From assembly GCA_002753335.1 (NCBI GenBank), contig PEAD01000013.1:1-64000 (forward strand): a stretch of DNA of 64,000 bases, read 5' to 3'. Shown here piece by piece: positions 9,533-17,935 of this stretch. The position numbers were made by a program, and so were the translations under genes. The DNA is from Nitrospirae bacterium MYbin3 (GTDB lineage: Bacteria > Nitrospirota > Thermodesulfovibrionia > Thermodesulfovibrionales > Dissulfurispiraceae). The notes below the pieces were generated by a model that was not told where the DNA came from, searched no databases, and saw nothing but the letters and a program-made list of their open reading frames with translations. Positions within the stretch are counted from its first letter, which is position 1, and each line of letters starts with the position of its first letter.

Positions 9533-10885
9533 ATGAAACTCTGCATTATCTTCCCTCCTTTGCCTTTTGGCTGGACTCCTGTGGCTCCGCCGAGCCTCGA
9601 ATATATTGCCGCGCTTACGCGACGTGCTGATCCCGATATAGAAATAGAGTTAATCAGCGCCAGCGCCGATCCTAATGCTGTTGATAGCTTGGATTGTGAC
9701 CTTGCCGCTATAAGTATTCTTACTCCGACTGCCGTAGGCGGCTATAAGATAGCAGAAAAGCTCAGGGCACGGGGAATTAAAGTTGTGTTTGGCAATATGC
9801 ATGCCTCTGCCATGCCTGAGGAGGCCAAGTCGCATGGAGATGCTGTTGTGATTGGCGAGGCTGAATCGGTCTGGCCTGAAGTACTCCGTGATTTTAGGAA
9901 TGGTCAGCTGAAACCTTTTTATCGCGGTGAACAGATTGTTCTTGATGAACTTCCTACACCTCTTTATGGTCTTCTTAAAGGCAAACGTAAGCATCAATTC
10001 AGAATTGTAAATACTTCACGCGGCTGTCCTTATAACTGTACCTTCTGCTCTGTTAAGCCTTTTTATGGAGCAAGGATTCGCTTCCGTCCTATTGAGCATG
10101 TTGTGCGTGATGTTGCGGCAATTCCCGAGAAGATGTATATAAACGGCGACGAGAATATCTGGTGGACAGGAAAGGCTGAACGCGCAATAGACCTTTTTAC
10201 CGAACTCAAGGGCAGCGGAAAAAGATGGATGGGCTTTGGTAGTCTTGGGCCGGTGCTTTCTCCTGTTGGCCCTCGAATGTTGAAGGCTGCGAGGGAGTGC
10301 GGACTGCTTTCTCTTTGGGTTGGATGGGAGTCGATTTCGGATGAAGGCTTAAGATCTTTTGCTGCAGACGGCAAGATAGGTGTTGACCGTGAGAGAGCGG
10401 TAAAGACCCTCAGGGACCATGGCATTGATGTATCTCTGTTCTATATGGTAGGCAGCCGGCATGATTCGCTCGATGACTTTAAGCGTTCAATAGAGATTGC
10501 AGAAAGGCTTGGTGTGAGCATGCATCCTTCGCTTGTTGTTCCTTATCCGGGCACCAAGCTGCGTGAGCAGTACGAGCCGTATATTTATAAGGATTTGGGC
10601 TGGGAGTATTATAACGGCGCATATGCTTTGTTTGAACATCCGGACTTGGCAATGGCGCCCGAAATCCGCGAAGAGCTTTTTTTCGAAACTTCACTTGAAC
10701 TGCTAAGTCTTGGCAGGGTTCTGCGGCATATGAAAAATGTTCCTATGCAGGGCTTTCCTCACGCTCATATTCTTTCGCTTATGTCGCAGATACCGGTAAG
10801 ACATGGCATGAAGATAGCATATGAAAAGTGGAAGGCAGAAAAAGACTTAGTGTCAAAAAAGAGAGCTGGAGTTACTGCATCATAA
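9533..10885 (+). CDS. Cobalamin-dependent radical SAM enzyme
   Basis: N-terminal B12-binding domain (VVFGNMHAS..PEE, VVIGEAE), SRGCPYNCTFC cluster motif, PYPGT. Confidence 0.9.
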   Translation: MKLCIIFPPLPFGWTPVAPPSLEYIAALTRRADPDIEIELISASADPNAVDSLDCDLAAISILTPTAVGGYKIAEKLRARGIKVVFGNMHASAMPEEAKSHGDAVVIGEAESVWPEVLRDFRNGQLKPFYRGEQIVLDELPTPLYGLLKGKRKHQFRIVNTSRGCPYNCTFCSVKPFYGARIRFRPIEHVVRDVAAIPEKMYINGDENIWWTGKAERAIDLFTELKGSGKRWMGFGSLGPVLSPVGPRMLKAARECGLLSLWVGWESISDEGLRSFAADGKIGVDRERAVKTLRDHGIDVSLFYMVGSRHDSLDDFKRSIEIAERLGVSMHPSLVVPYPGTKLREQYEPYIYKDLGWEYYNGAYALFEHPDLAMAPEIREELFFETSLELLSLGRVLRHMKNVPMQGFPHAHILSLMSQIPVRHGMKIAYEKWKAEKDLVSKKRAGVTAS

Positions 10886-11046
10886 GCAGCAGCCGTAAAT
10901 GCTATGTCTAATCAATTGCCTTTAATTTAGGCAGTCCTGCCTGTTTTTTGTGCATTATGACAAGGCGATATAAAAGTCCAGAAATGTTTTGGAATATAAC
11001 ATGTTAAAATTAAAGCATTTCTAAAAAACGGTTGTTAAAATATTTA

Positions 11047-11063
11047 TGGGCATATTTAATGCA
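11047..11063 (+). promoter_or_regulatory. Putative sigma54 (-24/-12) promoter of the LuxE-like gene
   Basis: TGGGCATATTTAATGCA: GG (11049-50) - 10 bp - GC (11061-62), about 63 bp before ATG; inverted repeats upstream at 10916-10934 and 10980-11022. Confidence 0.55.
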
Positions 11064-11125
11064 AGCTTTTCTGACCGGTAACATAGAAACAAGCTAAGCA
11101 TTAAATATTAAGGAGGCCATACCAT

Positions 11126-12634
11126 ATGTCAAAACTGCCCTTTGCTCCGATGAGCCCATCTGAAGCCGACAAAGAACGCCAGTGTTTAACAGAAGATGTT
11201 CTTAAGTTTATAGAGGCAGGGGTTGACTCTGATATTTCTGATTCTGTGTTCAAAGACTACTCGCTAAGGATGTTTGCCTTTCAGTATCAGGTAAATGCCA
11301 TCTTTCGTGAATTTTGTGATGCAAAAAATGTTAAGCCTGGAGACATAGACCGTTGGGAAGATATCCCGATGGTTTACAATGATGTCTTCAAGACTCACCT
11401 TGTTGCCTCTTTTCCGCTCGAGAAATCTGTGATGGCCTGCCTGACCGGTGGAACAACCAGTCTTACACAGAGGGGACGCATATTCAGGGATGAGGATGGC
11501 AAGCGTTTGGTATTTTCGGCTAATAAAATGATGACAGGGTCGTATCTGTTCCCTGACTTCAAAGATGGCAAGCGCTGCCGCATTCTTATTCTTGCACCGA
11601 GCCCAGAGATGGCACCATCAATGGGCATGGCTATTGGCATGGACCAGACGCGTCAGGCATTTGGAACTTCAGACAGTAAATTTCTTCTCGGCAAGTCAGG
11701 AATACATATCAATGATCTGCTAAAGGCATTGCGTGAATCAGAGGCGAGCGGTGTTCCGATTGCACTGATAGGCGCTACCTCTGCGTTTATTTATTTCTTT
11801 CAGGCCTGCCGCCGCAAGAAGATGAAGTTTTGTTTGCCTTTGGGAAGCAGAATTTGCGATGGTGGAGGCTACCGCAATAGGTTCGGAGTTTTTACACGGG
11901 ATGACTATTACAGTATGGTGCAGGAAATTTTCAGTATTTCCGATACTCACTGTGTCAACGTGCTTGGTGAAGCAGAAACTGCGACGAATCTTTTTGACGA
12001 TTCACTTAGACGCTATGTCAAAGGCCAGCCTAAGCGTCAACGTACAAGGCCTGTACCGCCGTGGTCGCGTGTGTTAGCTATGAGCATTGATGATCTTAAG
12101 CCTCTGCCTGACGGAGAGGTTGGGCTTCTTGCCCATTGGGACTTGGCCAACGTGCCCACTGTTCTGGCTGTCATTACCGATAACCTCGGCTATACTACCG
12201 ACAACGGCCGCGGCTGCGAAATGGTGGGCCGTGCAAAAATAGAAAACGGAAAGGTTTCACCGTTGCCTGATGAAAATGCAGGAAGCCCGATGGGCGACTC
12301 GGCAGTGTTTCGTATGCTTGAGAGATATGTGAACTTTTCTATCGAGCTGAAGATGGCGATGGCAAAAGACCCGAAGGCGCTGCCTAGTGTGCGCGAAGAG
12401 ATCGAAGCTCGGCCGGGCTCTGTGGCATCCTGTCCGCAGGTGGTTGATGAGATACTCGTTGGGCAGGCAGATGCAGAGGCGGCTGAGTTGAGGGACCAAT
12501 CATTAAATACATTCAAGGACCAGACAGAAAGACCGCTTGATTGGTACAAGAGTGAAGCTGACAAACAGGTTTTGGCTGACCATCCGGCAGGACTCAAGTC
12601 AGAAAATCAAGGCAAGAAGAGTGGTAAAAATTAA
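11126..12634 (+). CDS. LuxE-like acyl-protein synthetase (ANL superfamily) with C-terminal extension
   Basis: FAFQY..N..FREFC, WEDIP...FK, TGGTTS P-loop-like motif, DGGGY, G.AE, PPWSRV, DGEVGLLAHWDLAN, ITDNLG, VGRA. Confidence 0.8.
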   Translation: MSKLPFAPMSPSEADKERQCLTEDVLKFIEAGVDSDISDSVFKDYSLRMFAFQYQVNAIFREFCDAKNVKPGDIDRWEDIPMVYNDVFKTHLVASFPLEKSVMACLTGGTTSLTQRGRIFRDEDGKRLVFSANKMMTGSYLFPDFKDGKRCRILILAPSPEMAPSMGMAIGMDQTRQAFGTSDSKFLLGKSGIHINDLLKALRESEASGVPIALIGATSAFIYFFQACRRKKMKFCLPLGSRICDGGGYRNRFGVFTRDDYYSMVQEIFSISDTHCVNVLGEAETATNLFDDSLRRYVKGQPKRQRTRPVPPWSRVLAMSIDDLKPLPDGEVGLLAHWDLANVPTVLAVITDNLGYTTDNGRGCEMVGRAKIENGKVSPLPDENAGSPMGDSAVFRMLERYVNFSIELKMAMAKDPKALPSVREEIEARPGSVASCPQVVDEILVGQADAEAAELRDQSLNTFKDQTERPLDWYKSEADKQVLADHPAGLKSENQGKKSGKN

Positions 12635-12697
12635 AAATAGAGGTATGAAGTGATATATACTATATTGAAATTGTTGCATGCAGGTTTTTGACTTGTT

Positions 12698-13036
12698 ATG
12701 AAAAAGGCGCTGACTATTTTTATAGGGTTTGTTCATGATTTTGCAGCTGGATGTTGGGCAGCAACGGTATTAGGAGTTTACTGGCTGAGCTCGCAGACCT
12801 TTTCTGCTGAAGTCAACAGTGTTATATTCGGTTTGAAAAAACAACTTTTCTGGACAGGGATCATATGTGTGGTTGCTGTGTTTGCAACAGGTGCCGGAAG
12901 ATCTTTCACTTATGTTGACAATGTTTATGGCCCTGATTCAGAAAAAATGAGAAAAAAAATGCTACTTATTAAGCATGTATTTTTGCTCCTTGTATTCGGA
13001 ATCGGTATTTGGTGGCAATATTCTATGGTTTTTTAG
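12698..13036 (+). CDS. Small three-TM membrane protein
   Basis: Three hydrophobic helices with intramembrane His (VHDFAAG, IKHVF). Confidence 0.7.
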   Translation: MKKALTIFIGFVHDFAAGCWAATVLGVYWLSSQTFSAEVNSVIFGLKKQLFWTGIICVVAVFATGAGRSFTYVDNVYGPDSEKMRKKMLLIKHVFLLLVFGIGIWWQYSMVF

Positions 13037-13113
13037 CAGGTGTCGGTTCTTATTTAGAGTCTGTTCTAAAAAATTACTTGCTCATTGGTACTAAAATTGC
13101 TTAAAATAAACGG

Positions 13114-14586
13114 ATGAATTTCTCGAAAAAGATAAAAAAGGTTCTTCTTATCACGCCCCCATACCATTCCGGCGTTGTAGAGTCAGCAGGAGTCTGGCTT
13201 AATGTTGGGTTTGTTTATATCGCAGGAAGCCTCAGGGCTGCGGGATATGACCCAATTTATTATGATGCTATGAGCCATTGGGACACTCTAGAAGTTATCG
13301 GAAAGAGGATAGAGACAGAAAAGCCTGACGTTGTTGCAACAACAGCTTTTACCGCAGGTATTGTTGATGCCTTGAAGGTTCTTAAGCTTGCCAAAGAGAT
13401 TAATTCCTCGATAGTGACGGTAATCGGAAATGTTCATCCGACCTTCTGCTATGAGGAAATATTCAAAGACCATTATGCATATGTTGATTTCATTGTTCGC
13501 GGCGAGGGTGAGGAAACCCTTGTTGATTTGCTGAACACTATTAATGCCGGTGGACATATATCGAATGTCCAGAGCATAGTGTATAACGACGGCGGAAGCA
13601 CGGTAGCTACACCATCCCGCGGCTATATTAAAGATCTTGATACACTTCCTCTTGCTTGGGACCTTGTTGAATGGCCTATTTACACTTACAAGACTATGGA
13701 AGATTCACGCCTTGCTATCGTTAGCTCTTCACGCGGCTGCAGCCAGCAGTGCAGCTTCTGTTCACAGCAGCTTTTCTGGAAGAGGAAATGGAGAGGCAGG
13801 TCGCCCGAGAATTTTGTTGGAGAGCTTGAGTTTTTGAGGGACAAGTATGGCGTAAATGTTGTTATGGTTTCTGATGAAACTCCAACACTCGACAGGCAGC
13901 GTTGGGAGCGGATACTTGATATGCTCATAGAGCGTCAGGTGGGCACAAAGATTCTTATGGAGACTCGTGTGGATGATATCCTGAGGGATGAGGATATTAT
14001 GTGGAAGTACCAGAAGGCCAAGATCGACCATGTTTATCTTGGTGTTGAGGCTACGACCCAAGAGACACTCGATATTTTTAAAAAGGACATCAAGGTTGAG
14101 CAGTCAAAGAGGGCGCTTGATCTGATCAATGAATATAACATCGTTTCCGAAACATCATTCGTTCTTGGCATGCCGGATGACACTATAGAAAAGATACGCG
14201 AAACAGTCAATCTTGCCAGGTATTATAATCCTGATCTTGCTTTCTTCCTCGCAATTGCCCCATGGCCATATTCTGAGATTTATCCGATGCTCAAGCCGTA
14301 TATCGAGGTGTGGGATTACAGCAAGTACAATCTTGTTGAGCCTGTGGTTAAGCCTAAAGCGATGACCCTTGATGAGGTGAGAAACGAGCTTGGTTTAGCA
14401 TCGAAGAATTTTTATATGGATAAGATGATGAATCTTGAACGTCTTTCTCCAGAGAAGCAGGAGTTTATGGTCAAGGTTACAAAGATTATATCAACTAATT
14501 CCTACCTTAAAGAGCATATGCAGGGCGATATGCCGGAGGAGATTAAGAAAATGCTGGATAAAATCTCCTTTAAATCAAAAAAATAG
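13114..14586 (+). CDS. Cobalamin-dependent radical SAM enzyme (BchE-like architecture)
   Basis: B12-binding domain (GNVHPTF, VRGEGEET), SRGCSQQCSFC, ETRVDD, LGVE, PWPYS. Confidence 0.9.
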   Translation: MNFSKKIKKVLLITPPYHSGVVESAGVWLNVGFVYIAGSLRAAGYDPIYYDAMSHWDTLEVIGKRIETEKPDVVATTAFTAGIVDALKVLKLAKEINSSIVTVIGNVHPTFCYEEIFKDHYAYVDFIVRGEGEETLVDLLNTINAGGHISNVQSIVYNDGGSTVATPSRGYIKDLDTLPLAWDLVEWPIYTYKTMEDSRLAIVSSSRGCSQQCSFCSQQLFWKRKWRGRSPENFVGELEFLRDKYGVNVVMVSDETPTLDRQRWERILDMLIERQVGTKILMETRVDDILRDEDIMWKYQKAKIDHVYLGVEATTQETLDIFKKDIKVEQSKRALDLINEYNIVSETSFVLGMPDDTIEKIRETVNLARYYNPDLAFFLAIAPWPYSEIYPMLKPYIEVWDYSKYNLVEPVVKPKAMTLDEVRNELGLASKNFYMDKMMNLERLSPEKQEFMVKVTKIISTNSYLKEHMQGDMPEEIKKMLDKISFKSKK

Positions 14587-14606
14587 TCGCATACTCTGGT
14601 TTGGCG

Positions 14607-15170
14607 ATGGACTATAAAACCGAATTAATCGGTATTATTAAAGAACGCTCATACCAGTGCAGCGATGAGCCGATTTATAAACTTGCTTCTGGCGGTGTGA
14701 GCAAGTTTTATTTCAACATGAAGAAAACTACCATGTCGCCTGACGGTATGTTTATTATCGGCAAGCTTATTTTCGAGAAGATCAAAGAACTTGGGTTGTC
14801 GCCAGACGGAATCGGAGGACTTACTTTGGGCGCAGACCCTATAGCGTATGCCGTTGCAGGGCATTCATATCAGATGAAAGAGCCTATCAAGGCCTTTGTC
14901 ATAAGGAAAGAACCCAAGGGGCACGGCCTGATGCTTCCGGTCGAGGGCAATGTGGATCCGGGCAATCATGTGGTCATAATAGACGATGTTGTTACTACAG
15001 GCGGCTCTACCATAAAGGCTATTAAGGCTGCGCGTGATTTTGGTCTTATAGTTGATGCTGTTATTGTTCTTATTGACAGATGCGAACAAAACGGCAGGCA
15101 GAACATAGAAGCGTTGGATTGTGCTGTTCATGATATTCTTAACATAAGAGATTTCCTTCCGTCACATTAG
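14607..15170 (+). CDS. pyrE: Orotate phosphoribosyltransferase
   Basis: LASGGVSKFY, GGLTLGADP, IRKEPKGHG, PRPP motif VVIIDDVVTTGGS. Confidence 0.95.
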   Translation: MDYKTELIGIIKERSYQCSDEPIYKLASGGVSKFYFNMKKTTMSPDGMFIIGKLIFEKIKELGLSPDGIGGLTLGADPIAYAVAGHSYQMKEPIKAFVIRKEPKGHGLMLPVEGNVDPGNHVVIIDDVVTTGGSTIKAIKAARDFGLIVDAVIVLIDRCEQNGRQNIEALDCAVHDILNIRDFLPSH

Positions 15171-15256
15171 GTCTTGCTTCTCATATATCATTTATGGTTA
15201 AAGCAGTCTAATAAAAATGGTTGTGCTTTCGCATATACGCCCAATTTAACCGGCAT

Positions 15257-16189
15257 ATGAACAAACCAAATAATTCTTCGCTTACCCGCTTTGCCTGGCT
15301 CTCGATTTCTGCTGCGATAGCAACCATGGCGCTGAAAACTGCTGCATATCTGTTGACAGGCTCGGTTGGCCTTTTGTCAGATGCGATTGAATCCCTGGTC
15401 AATCTTGTAGGTGCGATAATGGCTCTGGCAATGCTTACTTTAGCAGCCCGTCCGGCTGACGATGATCATCATTATGGCCACAGCAAGGCAGAATACTTTT
15501 CGAGCGGGGTAGAAGGCACGCTGATACTTATAGCTGCCATCAGTATTGGTGTGGCGGCAGCACAGCGTCTTATTTCACCCAGACCGCTTGAGCAGGTAGG
15601 ACTGGGGCTGGTGGTTTCTGTTGCAGCGTCGGTGGTGAACTTGGTTGTGGCTATTGTTTTGTTAAAAGCTGCGAAGAACTATGATTCAATAACTCTCAAA
15701 GCCAATGCGCATCATCTCTTGACTGATGTCTGGACATCAGCAGGTGTTATCGTCGCGGTTGCTGCAGTTGCTTTTACCGGATGGGAAAGGTTAGACCCCA
15801 TTGTTGCAATCATTGTTGCCGGGAACATTGTCTGGTCAGGCATCCGCATTGTACGCGAGTCTGTATTAGGGCTTATGGATACTGCATTGCCGGTTGAAGA
15901 AATGAACGCCATAGAGAAGGTATTGGAACTGTATTGCGAAAAAGAGATAAAATGTCATGCACTTCGCACCCGCCAGTCAGGTTCCCATAGGTTTGTATCT
16001 CTCCATGTGCTTGTTCCCGGAGACTGGACTGTTGACCGCGGACATAAGCTGCTGGAAAGGATGGAGGCGGATATACGCTCTGCCTTGCCTAATGTTACGG
16101 TGATGACACATCTGGAATCGATACACGATCCTGCTTCATGGGATGATGCCCGCTTGGGGCATATCAAAAATACCGGCAGCAACTCCTAG
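15257..16189 (+). CDS. Cation diffusion facilitator (FieF-like)
   Basis: GSVGLLSDAIES, PADDDHHYGHSKAEY, HLLTDVWTS, C-terminal dimerisation domain (THLE). Confidence 0.92.
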   Translation: MNKPNNSSLTRFAWLSISAAIATMALKTAAYLLTGSVGLLSDAIESLVNLVGAIMALAMLTLAARPADDDHHYGHSKAEYFSSGVEGTLILIAAISIGVAAAQRLISPRPLEQVGLGLVVSVAASVVNLVVAIVLLKAAKNYDSITLKANAHHLLTDVWTSAGVIVAVAAVAFTGWERLDPIVAIIVAGNIVWSGIRIVRESVLGLMDTALPVEEMNAIEKVLELYCEKEIKCHALRTRQSGSHRFVSLHVLVPGDWTVDRGHKLLERMEADIRSALPNVTVMTHLESIHDPASWDDARLGHIKNTGSNS

Positions 16190-16204
16190 CGCGGATAAAT
16201 TCGA

Positions 16205-17821
16205 TCATTGGCTGTCCAGCATAGACCTGATCTTGCCGAGCAGTTTATCAGGCGGGATAGGTTTCGAAAGGAAATCAACTTCTTCTTGCAGAATACCTCT
16301 TTTTGCGATAATCTCATCTGTGTAACCGCTTATGTATAAAACTTTTATGTCCTGCCTGAGGGCTTTAATCTCTTCGTATGCTGCCTTGCCGTTTTTTATC
16401 GGCATTATCACATCCATAATGACAAGGTTTATTGAATCTTTGTTTTCGACAAACCTCTTTACCGCTTCATCCCCGTTTCCTGCCTCTATTACTTTGTACC
16501 GGTATTCCTCAAGGTATATCCGGGTTATTTTTCTTGCCTGTGCATCGTCTTCGCATAACAGTATGCACTCTCCCTTGCCAGAAGGTATCGGTTGGGCATT
16601 TTCGATTTGATCCTCATAAGGTGTAATTGCTATAGGCAGGTATATAGTTAAAGTTGTGCCTAAGCCGGTGCTGCTATCGACCGAAATATGTCCCCCATGC
16701 TGCTTTACGATTCCATAGACCACCGCCAATCCAAGCCCGGTTCCTTTGCCAACCTCTTTTGTGGTGAAGAAAGGTTCGAAGATATTATCCTTTGTCTTTA
16801 CGTCCATGCCGATGCCGGTGTCGGACACGATTAGCATCGCATACTGGCCTGTTTTCTCAAAAAGCTGGGCTTCAGCGTGGCTGCTGTCAATATCGACAAC
16901 AGATGTCTGAATGGTCAAAACACCTCCGTTTGGCATCGCGTCACGCGCATTTGTGGCGAGATTCAACAGCACCTGTTCAATCTGTCCTGCATCTGCATTC
17001 ACAGCAATATCCTCGCTGTTGAGCATAGTCTTTAGTTCTATATCTTCGCCTATGATTCTTCCGAGCATCTTCTGCACTCTTTCTACGATACTGTTTAGAT
17101 CCAGCTGTCTGAGTTCGATCGTCTGTTTGCGGCTGAAGGCTAGAAGCCTCTGGGTTAGTTCGGCTGCACGTTTTGCGCCGTTGATAATTTCGAGCAGATA
17201 TTCTTTGGAAGCTTCATCCTCTTGGATTCTTCGCAGGGCCATGGTGCCGAAGCCGATGATTGCGGTGAGTATATTGTTGAAGTCATGCGCAACACCTCCG
17301 GCGAGCGTGCCTATCGCCTCCATCTTTTGTGACTGCAAAAACTGAGATTGGAGTTTTTTCTGCTCTTCTTCAGCCTTTACCTGTTCTGTTATATCTTTTA
17401 CAATGTGTATGAGCCCTATGATTATGTTGTTTTTGTCAAAGCGAGGCAGTGCCTTAATTTCCAGATGTTTATTCAGGTGTGGCTCAAATATTTTTGAGAC
17501 GCTGGGTATGCCTGTTTTTAAAGAGCTGCAACTCGGGCATCCGTCAGGGGGACAGCCGGTACCATGATATGATTGAAAACATTTTTGTTTTAGAATCGTA
17601 AAAAAAGGCAGCCCAAGCATTTCTACAGCTGCTTTGTTGGCACGGATTATATTGAAGTCAGCATCATGAATGGTTATGGCGTCGTTGATCGTATCAAAGA
17701 TCTCTTCCCATTCTTGTTTTGCATTGATGTTATTTGTTTCTGATTCGAGTCTTTCGATTTGTGCTCGCAGTTGCTGCAGCTCTGCAATTAATTGTTGTTT
17801 TGATTTTTCCTCGTCGGTCAT
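16205..17821 (-). CDS. PAS hybrid sensor histidine kinase (PAS-HisKA-HATPase-REC)
   Basis: GGVAHDFNN H-box, NARDAM, FEPFFTTK, GTGLGL, C-terminal REC. Confidence 0.93.
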   Translation of the reverse strand: MTDEEKSKQQLIAELQQLRAQIERLESETNNINAKQEWEEIFDTINDAITIHDADFNIIRANKAAVEMLGLPFFTILKQKCFQSYHGTGCPPDGCPSCSSLKTGIPSVSKIFEPHLNKHLEIKALPRFDKNNIIIGLIHIVKDITEQVKAEEEQKKLQSQFLQSQKMEAIGTLAGGVAHDFNNILTAIIGFGTMALRRIQEDEASKEYLLEIINGAKRAAELTQRLLAFSRKQTIELRQLDLNSIVERVQKMLGRIIGEDIELKTMLNSEDIAVNADAGQIEQVLLNLATNARDAMPNGGVLTIQTSVVDIDSSHAEAQLFEKTGQYAMLIVSDTGIGMDVKTKDNIFEPFFTTKEVGKGTGLGLAVVYGIVKQHGGHISVDSSTGLGTTLTIYLPIAITPYEDQIENAQPIPSGKGECILLCEDDAQARKITRIYLEEYRYKVIEAGNGDEAVKRFVENKDSINLVIMDVIMPIKNGKAAYEEIKALRQDIKVLYISGYTDEIIAKRGILQEEVDFLSKPIPPDKLLGKIRSMLDSQ

Positions 17822-17935
17822 TTTTTCATCCTCATTGAGTGCAACCCCCTTACTTTAATTTTACGCCTCATCTGAAACTAAAGCAAATTTTATTATTGCC
17901 ATGACATCTGTAAAATGCTATGCTTTTAGGCAATT

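Noticed and set aside
11126..12634. Bioluminescence (lux) operon
   Set aside because: No luxA/B/C/D/G in the window; LuxE-like proteins are widespread outside luminescent bacteria.
13053..13072. TAGAGTCTGTTCTAAAA resembling an IS5-family terminal repeat
   Set aside because: Single short motif with no partner end and no transposase.
17849..17864. CTTAC-N6-TTTAC, like the shared four-repeat motif
   Set aside because: Only two units and no -10 at the matching distance; better explained as the -10 of the minus-strand kinase.
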